This document shows positions 25,160 to 36,099 of a stretch of DNA of 64,000 nucleotides, piece by piece. Origin of the DNA: Octopus sinensis (taxonomy: Eukaryota). Made by a program: the position numbers and the translations under genes. The notes beneath the pieces were generated by a model, which worked only from the letters and a program-made list of their open reading frames with translations, did no database searches and was not told where the DNA came from. The stretch spans positions 15,128,001-15,192,000 of the forward strand of contig NC_043025.1 in the NCBI RefSeq assembly GCF_006345805.1, given 5' to 3'. Every line of letters starts with the position of its first letter. Within the stretch, counting starts at the first letter, position 1.

Positions 25160-25458
25160 AATGGCTCAGTGGTTAGAGCAGCGGACTCGCGGTCGTAGGA
25201 TCGTGGTTTCGATTCCCAGATCGAACGTTGTGAGTGTTTATTGAGCGAAAACACCTAAAGCTCCACGAGGCTCTGGCAGGGGATGGTGGTGATCCCTGTT
25301 GTACTCTTTCGCCACAACTTTCTCTCACTCTTTCTTCTGTTGGCCTGCTAGCTTAGCCAGCGGGGTGGTGTCATTTGAAGGCTAAAACAACGCGAAGCAC
25401 ATTGTGACCAGCGACATGTAGCAACATCTGATAGCCTGGTCGGTCACGGTGATCACAG

Positions 25459-25460
<2 letters not shown>
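25160..25460 (+). mobile_element. tRNA-derived SINE family E
   Basis: TGGCTCAGTGGTTAG..GGTTTCGATTCC head; sister copy at 50855-51235. Confidence 0.75.
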
Positions 25461-25515
<55 letters not shown>

Positions 25516-25600
25516 ATCCAAACAAGAAAGCACAAAAAACACAACAACGCGAGGATGTGGAACAAATATAGTATTATTGGACGCTCAGGAAAGAAGGAGG

Positions 25601-25635
25601 GTTTAACGTTTCAAGTGGAGCTCTTCGTCGGAAAC
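25601..25635 (-). ncRNA. Minimal hammerhead in a solo pLTR (25510-25700); stem II eroded
   Basis: GUUU CCGACGA A GAGC UCC ACUU GAAA CG UU AAAC. Confidence 0.55.
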
Positions 25636-25794
25636 ATAGGAGAAGGGAAGACAGAGGAAAAAAAATCGCCAACGGTACACACGAGGTCACATTTATATAT
25701 ACACACACACACACACACAGAGGTGAGCACATAAGTGCAAAACAAAATGGGAAAAAATAGTACTCGAATACCAAGGGCAGAGTAATATGCTCTT

Positions 25795-25936
25795 TATTAA
25801 AGCTGTAACATTATCACAAAGCTGTTACTCAGAGTTTCACATTCCTGTTCATTGGACAATTGACATAACAACTGTCCAACAAAAGGGAACGTGAAACTCT
25901 GAGTAACAGTTTTTGTGATAATTTTGAAGCTTTAAT
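25795..25936. repeat. Palindromic pair of decayed hammerhead cassettes
   Basis: ~68-bp arms; each strand reads ..UGU CCAAYRA..GAAA CUCUGAG UA ACAG. Confidence 0.7.
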
Positions 25937-26165
25937 ATATATATACATATATATATAATTCTTGTATGTCATATTTTAATAATTACTGGTATCTTTATAT
26001 ATTTTATATGTAAAGCATAATATATTATACGTGTATGTATATTGTTGTAATTGTCATTTTAGTAAATAAATAAATAAATTGACATAATATAATATCTAAA
26101 AGTCGATCAATATCACCTATTGATCCCCTCCATTTTCTTATTGCTCTCTCTCTCTCTCTCTCTCT

Positions 26166-26200
<35 letters not shown>

Positions 26201-26539
26201 TATACATACATATATATAAATACATATACTTTATACGCACTTTCTGACAAGTTGTGGTGCACCTGAGCACTGTATACAATAATTCATTATTATTATATAT
26301 GTATTTATATGTATGTGTCTTTGCACTTGCCCCCCTCCAACTCTTGACAACCAGGTGTTTTTTTTAAACATACCTGTAACTTAGTAGTTCATCAAATCAG
26401 CCTGATTGAGTAAGTGCCAGGCTTCAAAAGATAGGAATTGGTGTTGGCTTGTTTGACTAAAAACCCTTGAAGGCAGTGCCCCAGCATGGCCACAGTCTAA
26501 TGAATGATAAACAGTAAAAGATATTTATTCTTTATTCTC

Positions 26540-26875
26540 TCTTTTACTCTTTTACTTGTTTCAGTCATTTGACTGCGGCCATGCTGGAGCACCGCCTTTA
26601 GTCGAGCAAATCAACCCTTTTGTAAACCCAGTACTTATTCTATCGGTCTCTTTTGCAGAACCACTAAGTGACGGGGACATAAACACACCAGCATCGGTTG
26701 TCAAGCAATGCTAGGGGGACAAACACAGACACACAAACACACACATACATATATATGACAGGCTTCTTTCAGTTTCCGTCTACCAAATCCACTCACAAGG
26801 CATTGGTCGGCCCGGGGCTATAGCAGAAGACACTTGCCCAAGATGCCGCGCAGTGGGACTGAACCCGGAACCGTA
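26540..26875 (-). mobile_element. SINE family A, head truncated
   Basis: Family match. Confidence 0.8.
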
Positions 26876-27247
26876 TATATGTCTTTTATGGTGATGCACT
26901 CAGCTCCAGCTTCCTCTCTCTCAGCCAAGAGATCCTTATCTTGCAGGCCTGCAGATGTTGGTGCCACGTACGAACCGCCCATGCTGGTGCATGTGCACTC
27001 TGTGAAATGGTTGGTGCTAGGAAGGGCATCAAACTGCAGAAACCAGGCCAAAAAAGAAACTGGAGTATGGACAGCCCTCTGTGTCTATTTGTGTGTCTGT
27101 GTTTGACCTCCCCACCACCACCATCGCTTGTCAACTGATGTTTGTGTGTTTACATTCCCGTAACATAGCAGTTCAGCAAAAGAGACCGATAGAATAAGTT
27201 CTAGGCTTACAAAGAATAAGTTCTGAGGTCAATTCACTTAACTAAAG

Positions 27248-27480
27248 GCAGCAAGCTGGCAGAGTGGTTAGCACGCCGGGCGAAATGCGTAGCTGTATTT
27301 CGTCTGAGTTACGTTCTGAGTTCAAATTCTGCCGAGGTTGACTTTGCCTTTCATCCATTCGGGGTCGAATAAATTAAGTACCAGTTACGCACTGGGGTCG
27401 ATATAATTGACTTAATCCATTTGTCTGTCTTTGTTTGTCCCCTCTGTGTTTAGCCCCTTGTGGGTAGTAAAGAAATATAA
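27248..27480 (+). mobile_element. SINE family C
   Basis: Family match to 10511-10745. Confidence 0.8.
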
Positions 27481-27819
27481 AGGCGGTGCTCCAGCATGGC
27501 CACAGTCAAATGACCGGAACAAGTAAAAGAATATGTCTGTGTGTGTGTGTGTTTGTACTTCTCCCACTGTCGTTAATTGACAACCGACGTTGGTTTGTGC
27601 AGCTTGTGGTTCAGCAAAAGAGACTAATCGAATACGTTAGAAGGCCTAAAAAAAAAAATCAAAAAGGTACGCCATAAAGGCATTGCTCCAGCATGGCTGC
27701 AATTGAAACAAGTCGAAAATAGAAGATTAGGATTGGTAGTTTGATTGTTGTTTCTAGCAGGTCTAACAGCTACTTATGGGATTTGGCCTGTACTTCGATT
27801 GGAATGTTGTTGCTGTTTT

Positions 27820-28450
27820 GCGAACTGGCAGAACCGTTAGCACGCCGGTAATTTCGTCTACCGCTACATTCTGAGTTCAAATTTCGCTGAAGTCAAATTT
27901 GCCTTGGATCTTTTCCGTTTGACCGGCAGTTTTTAAAAATAATTTCTAGTTTACTAAACACTTTTAAACTTGGTATACTGCTAGAATGTGTTTATAAAAC
28001 ATCTTTTTCTCTTGGCTTTATTGAGAAAATTCTACAGTTTGTAAGATATTTGTTTTCTTCAATTTCTACAATTTCAACCAATCAATGACGTCTATTGAGG
28101 TAAAAAAAAAAAAAACATTCTGTGCCGTATGAATATGTTCCTCGTTTAAGAAACAGATTGGGTTTATTTACATTTCTGAAGAAGAAAAGATACCCTTCCC
28201 CCCACCCCTAACCCTAACCCTAAAACAGATTGAAATGCAATAGATCGATACTAGGGTCATAATTATGGGTGACAATTTCATATGACACCGCTAGAAAAAA
28301 CTGCTGTTCAAACCAAAGAGATCCTTTGCCTTTCATTCTTTTGAGGTCGATTATATTAAGTACCAGTTGCATAATGGGGTCTATCTAATTGACTGGCCCC
28401 CTTCCTAAAAATTTCTGGCTTTGTGCCTAGAGTAGAAAGGGTTCTTACTG
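27820..28450 (+). mobile_element. SINE family C interrupted by MITE M
   Basis: SINE sequence resumes after the TTTGCCTT duplication. Confidence 0.75.
27906..28324. mobile_element. MITE family M copy
   Basis: TIRs plus perfect 8-bp TSD TTTGCCTT. Confidence 0.92.
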
Positions 28451-28909
28451 CTGAAGGGCTTTACAAGGATAGAGAAGCAGGCGTTGGCATAGCAACATCA
28501 ACAATGACAACATAAATGCTTGCTATTTTTGGCCCAACGATTTTGAGGGGAGGGGCACGGACAATTAAATCGATTCCAGTCTTTGACAGGTACTTTATTT
28601 TACTGACCCCAGAAGAATGGAAAGTGAAGTTGACACGGGCGGAATTTGAACTCAGAACGCAAAAACGGACGAAATACTGCTAAGCAGTTTGTCCGGCATG
28701 CTAATGATTCTGCCAACTCGTTGCTTACTACTACTACTACTACTACAACTACTACTACTGCTGCTGCTACTACTACTACGATACTAACAATAATAATAGT
28801 AGTAATAATAATAATAATAAGAGGAAGAAGAAGAAAAAGAAGACGAAGAAGCAGAAGAAGAAAAAGAAGACGAAGAAGCAGAAGAAGAAGAAGAAGAAGA
28901 AATGAAAAA

Positions 28910-29150
28910 AATAAATGCGCCCTTTTAAAACCTAGCCAGGCTTATGGGCCCGGTTTCTATGGCATATGTGTTCCCCAGCTGGATGGGACGCCAGTCTATC
29001 GCAGCGTTACTCATTTTTGCCAGCTGAGTGGACTGGAGCAACGTGGAATGAAGGGTTTTGCTCAAGAACACAATGCATTGCCTGGTCCAGGAATTGAAAC
29101 CACAACCTTACGATCATGATGCTGGCACCCTAACCACTAAGCCACGCGCC
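28910..29150 (-). mobile_element. SINE family F
   Basis: GGCGCGTGGCTTAGTGGTTAG head and TGTTCTTGAGCAA core. Confidence 0.7.
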
Positions 29151-29164
29151 TCCCACACACACAC

Positions 29165-29204
<40 letters not shown>

Positions 29205-29207
<3 letters not shown>

Positions 29208-29415
29208 TCCTTTCTGCTATAATCATGTGATTGTTGGAAGGGCATGGTCAATTACATCGACCCCAGTACTCGGCTGGTCCTTTTTTTATCGACCCCGAAA
29301 GGATGAAAGGCAAAGTCGACCTCGGCGGAATTGGAACTCGGAGCGCAGCGACGGACGACTTGCCGCTTAGGCAATTTCGCCCGGCGCGCTAACGGTTCGG
29401 CCAGCTCCCCGACGC
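29205..29415 (-). mobile_element. SINE family C variant
   Basis: Reverse complement of family C head and core. Confidence 0.7.
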
Positions 29416-29748
29416 CTTAGTAATAATCCCTTCGGCATAAAAGCAAAAGGCCAGGCCATTTGGCGAGGGTAGGTGTCAGTGTTCAATCGCTTCTTTATTT
29501 TATTTCGATCAGGAAAGGATCAAAACCAAAATCGACGTCGTCGGCGGCGGCGGTATTCGAATCCGGAATATAAAGCCGGTAGAAATGCCAGCGAGCATTT
29601 CGTCCGGAGTGCTAAGAATTTCGGACGGCTCGCCAACAACAACAACAACAACCACCTGCTCAGTGGGAAAAGCCAAGGGGAGGTAAGTGAGTGGTCCACA
29701 TGAAGTGTTTTCATTTACATACTTAAATTAGGAGCAAATTGATCAGCT

Positions 29749-29863
29749 GCCCCGGTGGCACAATCGGTTAGCGCGCCGTACTTATAGACAGTACCTTCCT
29801 TGTGTTTCAAACCACAAGACGGAAGTTATGCGGAGGTTGTGAGTTCGAGCCTCACCCGGGGCA
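29749..29863 (+). tRNA. tRNA-Ile-TAT: tRNA-Ile (anticodon UAU) with 41-nt intron (29787-29827)
   Basis: Acceptor GCCCCGG/CCGGGGC, anticodon stem CCGTA/TGCGG, CT-TAT-A then intron at 37/38, GGTTGTGAGTTCGAGCC T arm; matches the metazoan tRNA-Ile(TAT) pattern. Confidence 0.93.
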
Positions 29864-29866
29864 CAA

Positions 29867-29873
29867 TTTTTTT
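29867..29873 (+). terminator. Pol III terminator (T7)
   Basis: TTTTTTT three nt after the tRNA 3' end. Confidence 0.8.
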
Positions 29874-30277
29874 GTGTCTTTCCACCGTGAATCTTTAAAT
29901 ATATTATCTACATATATATATATATGTAAACATGACGGATGACCATTTACGTATATATGGATATATTTCATGTACGTGTGTGTATATAAATGTATATACG
30001 TATGCCTGTACTTCCGACTAAATAGATTTGAGTGGGTGTGAACCTTATGATCAACATTGTAGTTAGACAGAGATTCTAAGATCGAAACTCCCTTGGAGCG
30101 CAATTTTTTTAAAATGTACTTTTATCATCAAACTTTAAATATATCGTTTTGTAGAAGTATGTAAATATATTTCACCATTTAAGTATGTGTATATTTAACG
30201 TGAGCATGTGTATATATATATGAATGTTATATATACGGTCACGTTAAATATACACATACTTAAATGGTGAAATTTAA

Positions 30278-30308
<31 letters not shown>

Positions 30309-30392
30309 TGTGTGTGTGTGTATACTTACATATATACACACACATATATATATACTTATATAAATACGTATATATATATATACATTATATAT

Positions 30393-30485
<93 letters not shown>

Positions 30486-30595
30486 ATTATAACAATAAGG
30501 GTTTTGCAACAAGTTGCATGACCACATACCGAAAATTTTAGAAATAGCAGCCAAAGGACTACTATTCCTTTTTTTCTACAAAAATATGTCTCCGC

Positions 30596-30666
<71 letters not shown>

Positions 30667-31329
30667 CATATACATACATACATACATACATACACACACG
30701 TATATACGCTTGTGTGTGGATTGTATATATATACTCACACCTATATTTTTTATTAATATTTAGCAGAAGTAACAGAATGACTCAATGTCCGAGAGTTTCG
30801 TGTGTTAACACTTATCAAACTTATAAATATACCTCCATGTATATGGCAAAAAATACATATATATATACGCGCGTGTGTGTGTCTATATGTGTGTGTATGT
30901 ATGTGTGTGTTCGTGTGTGCGTATATATATATACATACATGGCTTTGCGCAGAAGGACTGCATGTAGATATGCAAACGTAGATGCACACACACACACATG
31001 AATGTGTACCACCCTGAATCATAATATTAAAGTTATGGTGAGGTTATGAGTTCAAATCTCGCTCTAAACACAATTGTTTTTGTTATTTTCTTCCGTCCTA
31101 AAAAGTTATGTATGTATATGCATACACACATACATATAAATATATAAAATCCGAAGTGTTATACATCGTTCACGGCAGCCCTTACCGATCGGTTTAGCGC
31201 CAGGGGTAACAATTCGATTTACTGAACACTCCTTTGTACTCCCAGCGCGAAACCGCTCCATTGACGGATATACGAGGCTATCTTTTCCCTGACTTATCGA
31301 CTTTTAGACGACTTACGTATATATATATG

Positions 31330-31960
31330 GTCTAACCAATCTAGATGATCTCCGCATCGCCATCGCACTCAGAGTGGGAGCAGACGTCTGCAGGGGACTG
31401 AGACGTTGCTGTGGTAGGCTCCTCGACTCTGCAGGTCTTCACGGTCTTTCTTGCCGCCTAAATGCTGCTCTTTTCGCTCGTCACACCGAGCTAAACTTAA
31501 TTTCTAAGCGGGGCTTTGGCTCGGGTTAATATCCCCTCAGTTCTGGAGCTGGCGGGATTATCCAGAAGTGATGGGAAGAGACCAGATGGTCTTACTCTTT
31601 GTCCCTGGATAAGAGGTAGGTGCCTCATCTGGGATGCTACAGTCTGTGACTCCTTTGTTATCTCCCACACCCTGGATGCTGCAGTGAATGGGAAGGTCAC
31701 TGCTTGCATAGCCGAACCGAACAAAATCCCCAAGTATCGGGGACCTGGCAGTGAACTTTCTCTTCCAGCCTGTGACGACGTTTGGAGGGGCTGGGTCGCT
31801 AACGGTGAAGTTCTTGTCATCGTCGGCGGTTCGTCTTACTGAGCCACCCGTGAGGGCGCTCGGCTCTTCCAATGCCTTAATCTCACCATCGCCCGTCCTA
31901 ATGCCGCCAGCGTGACGGCTTGCTTCACTAGGTGCCGCTGAACCTTGATGTGTGCCACCA
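31330..31960 (+). mobile_element. CRE-like non-LTR retrotransposon 3' fragment (zinc knuckle plus PD-(D/E)xK endonuclease)
   Basis: LRIAIALRVG..CCGRLLDSAGLHGLSC..RHTELN..DGKRPDGLTLCPW..LIWDATVCD. Confidence 0.75.
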
Positions 31961-32070
31961 ATGGGACACTTGGTGTTGCATTGATGGGGTTTTTCCCCCC
32001 TTTTTCCTTTCCTTTTTCTTTGTTTTTATTTTGTAAAATATATTCCTTTTCCCTGAATTATTGAAAATTG

Positions 32071-32505
32071 GGATCTTTTCGGTTTGACCAGCAGTTTTTT
32101 CTAGCGGTGTCATATGAAATTGTCACCCATAACAAATTGAAATGCAATAGATCGATACTAGGGTCATAAGACCCTAGTATCTATCTATTGCATTTCAATT
32201 TGTTTTAGGGTTAGGGGTGGGGGGAAGGGTATCTTTTTTTCTTCACAAATGTAAATAAACCCAATCTGTTTCTTAAACGAGGGACATATTCATACGGCAC
32301 ACAATATTTTCACCTCAATAGACGTCAGTGATTGGTTGAAATTGAAGAAAAAACGACAACAATTATCTTACAAACCATAGAATTTTCTCAATAAAACAAA
32401 GAGAAAAGATGTTTTATAAACACATTCTACCAGAATACGAAGTTTAAAAGTGTTTAGTTACAAGGAAATTATTTTTAAAAACTGCCGGTCAAACCGAAAA
32501 GATCC
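32071..32505. mobile_element. MITE family M copy with internal inverted duplication
   Basis: TIRs present; 32129-32205 is a fold-back; no TSD. Confidence 0.85.
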
Positions 32506-32802
32506 ACAAAGAAATTGCAACGAACAAAATATATTTTGATAAGATAATCGTTTGTTTGTGTTTTTAGACTTATTTTCTGTCGCCGTTTTTCCCCCGATTA
32601 TTTTACTTCCTAATTATTACGAATAAAAACATTTCCCGTCTGAAACGAAAGTTGTGCATAAATATCTGTGAATAAGTATAAAATAGAAATACAAATAATT
32701 TAGGGGAAAAAAACATTAATGAAAGCCAGCGTATGTATATATGTGTATATGTGTATATTTGTGTGTCTACCTTACTATATGTGTACGTATGTACGTATGT
32801 AC

Positions 32803-32934
32803 GTATGGATGGATGGATGGATCGATCGATCGATCGATCGATGGGTGGGTGGATGGAAGGTGGGAGGGAGATATCCCTTCCTCCCCCCTCCCTCCCTCTC
32901 TCCTTCCATCGATCGATCGATCCATACATACATA
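32803..32934. repeat. Palindromic microsatellite array centred on GGGAGATATCCC with (GATC)n arms
   Basis: Direct reading of self-complementary arms. Confidence 0.75.
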
Positions 32935-33044
32935 GATATTATCCGAATTGTACGGCGTTATATATCCAATACGGCCGATCTTCCTAATGGGTTTCACTTT
33001 AGATATTCAACGGAGTGTTAGGTGACAGTCGGAATAATAATAAT

Positions 33045-33298
33045 AATAATTGTGTACAGTGCTCAGGTGCACTACAACTCATCTAAAGTGTATATATAAT
33101 CAGGTGTAGTTTCGGCGGATTTCGGAAAGCATGAGGGCCTTAAAAGATGCAGTGTCATGGCAGTCAACAACTGACGCAGGCAGTTTATTCCATGCTTCAG
33201 CAACTCTGAGCGTGAAAAAATGTTTCCCAAAGTCATGAGAGCTGTGTTGTTTTCTGACTTTGTAGGCATGACTTTGTAGGAATGAGTGTAGGGTCACG
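33045..33298 (-). mobile_element. CR1-type LINE 3' end
   Basis: KHFFTLRVAEAWNKLPASVV; (ATT)n tail. Confidence 0.75.
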
Positions 33299-33462
33299 CA
33301 ATCGGATTGTTGCTCAGCACTCCGTTAAATTCCTAGCACAAAACCGATCGGGAAGATCAGTCGTAATGGATATATGATACCGTACATTTCGGATATCATA
33401 TCCACTCACACACACACACACACATGTACACATTTATACATGCATACATACATAGGCAAACC

Positions 33463-33861
33463 GGATCTTTTCGGTTTGACCGGCAGTTTTTTCTAGCGGC
33501 GTCATATGAAATTGTCATCCATAATTATGACCCTAGTATCGATCTATTGCATTTCAATCTGTTTTAGGTTTAGGGTTAGTTAGGGGTGGGGGGAAGGGTA
33601 TCTTTTTTTCTTCACAAATTAAATAAACCCAATCTGTTTCTTAAACGAGGGACATATTCATACGGCACAGAATGTTTTTTTTTACCTCAATAGACGTCAT
33701 TGATTGGTTGAAATTGAAGAAAAAACAACAACAAATATCGTACAAACTATAGAATTTTCTCAATAAAGCCAAGAAACACATTCTACCAGTATACGAAGCT
33801 TGAAAGTGTTTAGTTATGTGGAAATTATTTTAAAAAACTGCCGGTCAAACCGAAAAAATCC
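33463..33861. mobile_element. MITE family M copy
   Basis: TIRs; TSD GGCAAACC/AGCAAACC. Confidence 0.9.
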
Positions 33862-35719
33862 AGCAAACCTACAAAATGTGCCCTTCAACTTTGTTTCCTC
33901 ATAACTTTTCGAAAAATTGATATTTTTAGATGAAATTTTCTACAAATACCTTTCAGATGGTGTCATTTGTCATTCACATATATTTGTGATTTGTGATTTG
34001 TGATTCACCCACATTAACGCACCTCAAAATGAAACTTGACACTTCGGAAATAATCTGATGTGTGTCAGTATGTATGTTTGCAAACCACCAAAAGGTTAGT
34101 TCTTGTTTGTCATACCAAATTCCAGTCTAATCGTAATCCACATCGTCTGAAAGGTTTTTGTTGAAAACTTCATACGAAAATAACCATTTTTCTGAAAGTT
34201 ATGAGTAGACAAAACCGACTCACATAAATTTTTTTGAAACACCTCACCCCACCCTTGCAAAAAGTTTTTTTCACATTAAATTCCGATATCATTGGAAACA
34301 GCACCATCTGAAGCGTATTTGTAAAAAATTCTAGGAAAAAAGAACCAAAAATCCTCATGATACAGGTAATTCTTTTCCAGTATTCTGAGAGTTTCCAGTT
34401 CTCCATGTCAACTAATTTTCTCCCAACAACAACTTTAATCTTTATGCTCTCCAACGCCTTAGATTGTTCACCAATAAATCTAGTAATTCTTTGGAAAAAG
34501 CAGACATAAATGTCACCAAATTCATCCCAAATATCTTATAGATATATACATGGTGGGCGTCCGCATAGATTTTACCTACCAAATCCACCAAGAAGGCTCT
34601 GGTTGGCCCAGGGCTTTAGCAAAAGGCACTTGCTCCAGAACAATGGGACAAGGAAGTAAAACCTCTTTCTAAACTGCAACTACACGGTCAGACAAAAATA
34701 TATATACACTTATGCACACACACACATACAAGCATGTGTTCATACACAACCACACACAATTCCGATATCATTGGAAACAGCACCGTCTGAAGCGTATTTG
34801 TCGAAAATTCTAGGAAAAAAGAACCAAAAAGAACCGATCCATTTTCCTGAAAGTTACAAAGAAGCAAAGTCGGGTGGAAGCACATTTTTGTGGGTATGCT
34901 GACACCCTCACCAACTTTCTAACTTCTTTACTGCCGCACTTGTGGATGTGTAGAATATGGGGCTGTTTTTCGGACGCACCCTGTATTGCTCGCTTTTTCC
35001 ATCCCTAATAACGGTTTATTAAAAAAAATTACTAAAATCTTGGCATAAAAAACCATGTATATATATTTCTTTACTGCCCACAAGGGGCTAAACATAGAGG
35101 GGACAAACAAGGACAGACAAAGGAATTAAGTCGATTATATCGACCCCAGTGTGAAACTGATACTTTATTTATCGCTAAGTTACAGTTACACACTACCATC
35201 GGTTATCAAGCGATGTTGGGCGGGGGGGGGACACAGACACACAAACATATACACATACGTACAAATATATATATACATATATATATATACGACGGGCTTC
35301 CTTCAGTTTCTGTCTACCAAATCCACTCACAAGTCTTTGGTCGGCCCGAGGCTATAGTAGAAGACACTTGCCCAAGATGCCACACAGTGGGACTGAACCC
35401 AGAATCATGCGGTCCGTTTTCCATTTAGCATGGGTTGGACGGTTCGACCGGGGTCTGGAAAGCCATGGAGGCTGCACCAGGCTCCAGTCTGATTTGGCAA
35501 AGCTGGATACCCTTCCTAATGCCGACCACTCCGTGAGTGTAGTGGGTGCTTTTTATGTGCCACCGGCACAGGGGCCAGAGGAGGCTGACAAACGGCCACA
35601 ATCAGTTGGTGCCTTTTACGTGTCATATATATAACTGTGAATCTTATTCTCATGTCTGTATTCTTCTATCTACTTTTACTCTTTATTCTTCTCTGTTATT
35701 ACTTCTAAACTGTGATATA

Positions 35720-35940
35720 TATCTGCAAATATAATATGTGACAATTATTTGGTAGCCAAGATAAAACTCCAAGTTTTGGATGTCGGGGTGGAAATCCATT
35801 TCTTCAGTTATTTGGCCATCGGAAAAAATCTGATGGCCGGATAACTGAATAGATGCTGGCGTGGGTTTCCGCCCCGACATCCAAAACTCAGAGTTTTATC
35901 TTGGCTACCAAATAATTGTCACATATTATATTTACAGATA
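35720..35940. repeat. Palindromic pair of decayed hammerhead cassettes
   Basis: ~100-bp arms; right arm GAUAA CUGAAUA GAUG..CAUC C AAAA CUCAGAG UU UUAUC. Confidence 0.65.
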
Positions 35941-36099
35941 AATTCCTCTATTTACATAAAATCGAGGTCTTTTTCATTCTTTTGATGTCTTACCATTTCT
36001 ATCAATATATATATATATATAATTAAATAAGGGTAGAAATTGATATTAATCAATTAAAACCAGTGGCCTAGCATATTTTTAAAACATCCGAAGATTAAA

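Noticed and set aside
25160-25235. tRNA genes at SINE heads (also 50865-50930, 10511-10600)
   Set aside because: No closed cloverleaf or terminator; the sequence continues into SINE bodies
31145-31300. HDV-like ribozyme 5' of the CRE fragment
   Set aside because: A P1-like pairing exists (GGCAGCC/GGCUAUC) but L3, P1.1 and J4/2 motifs are missing
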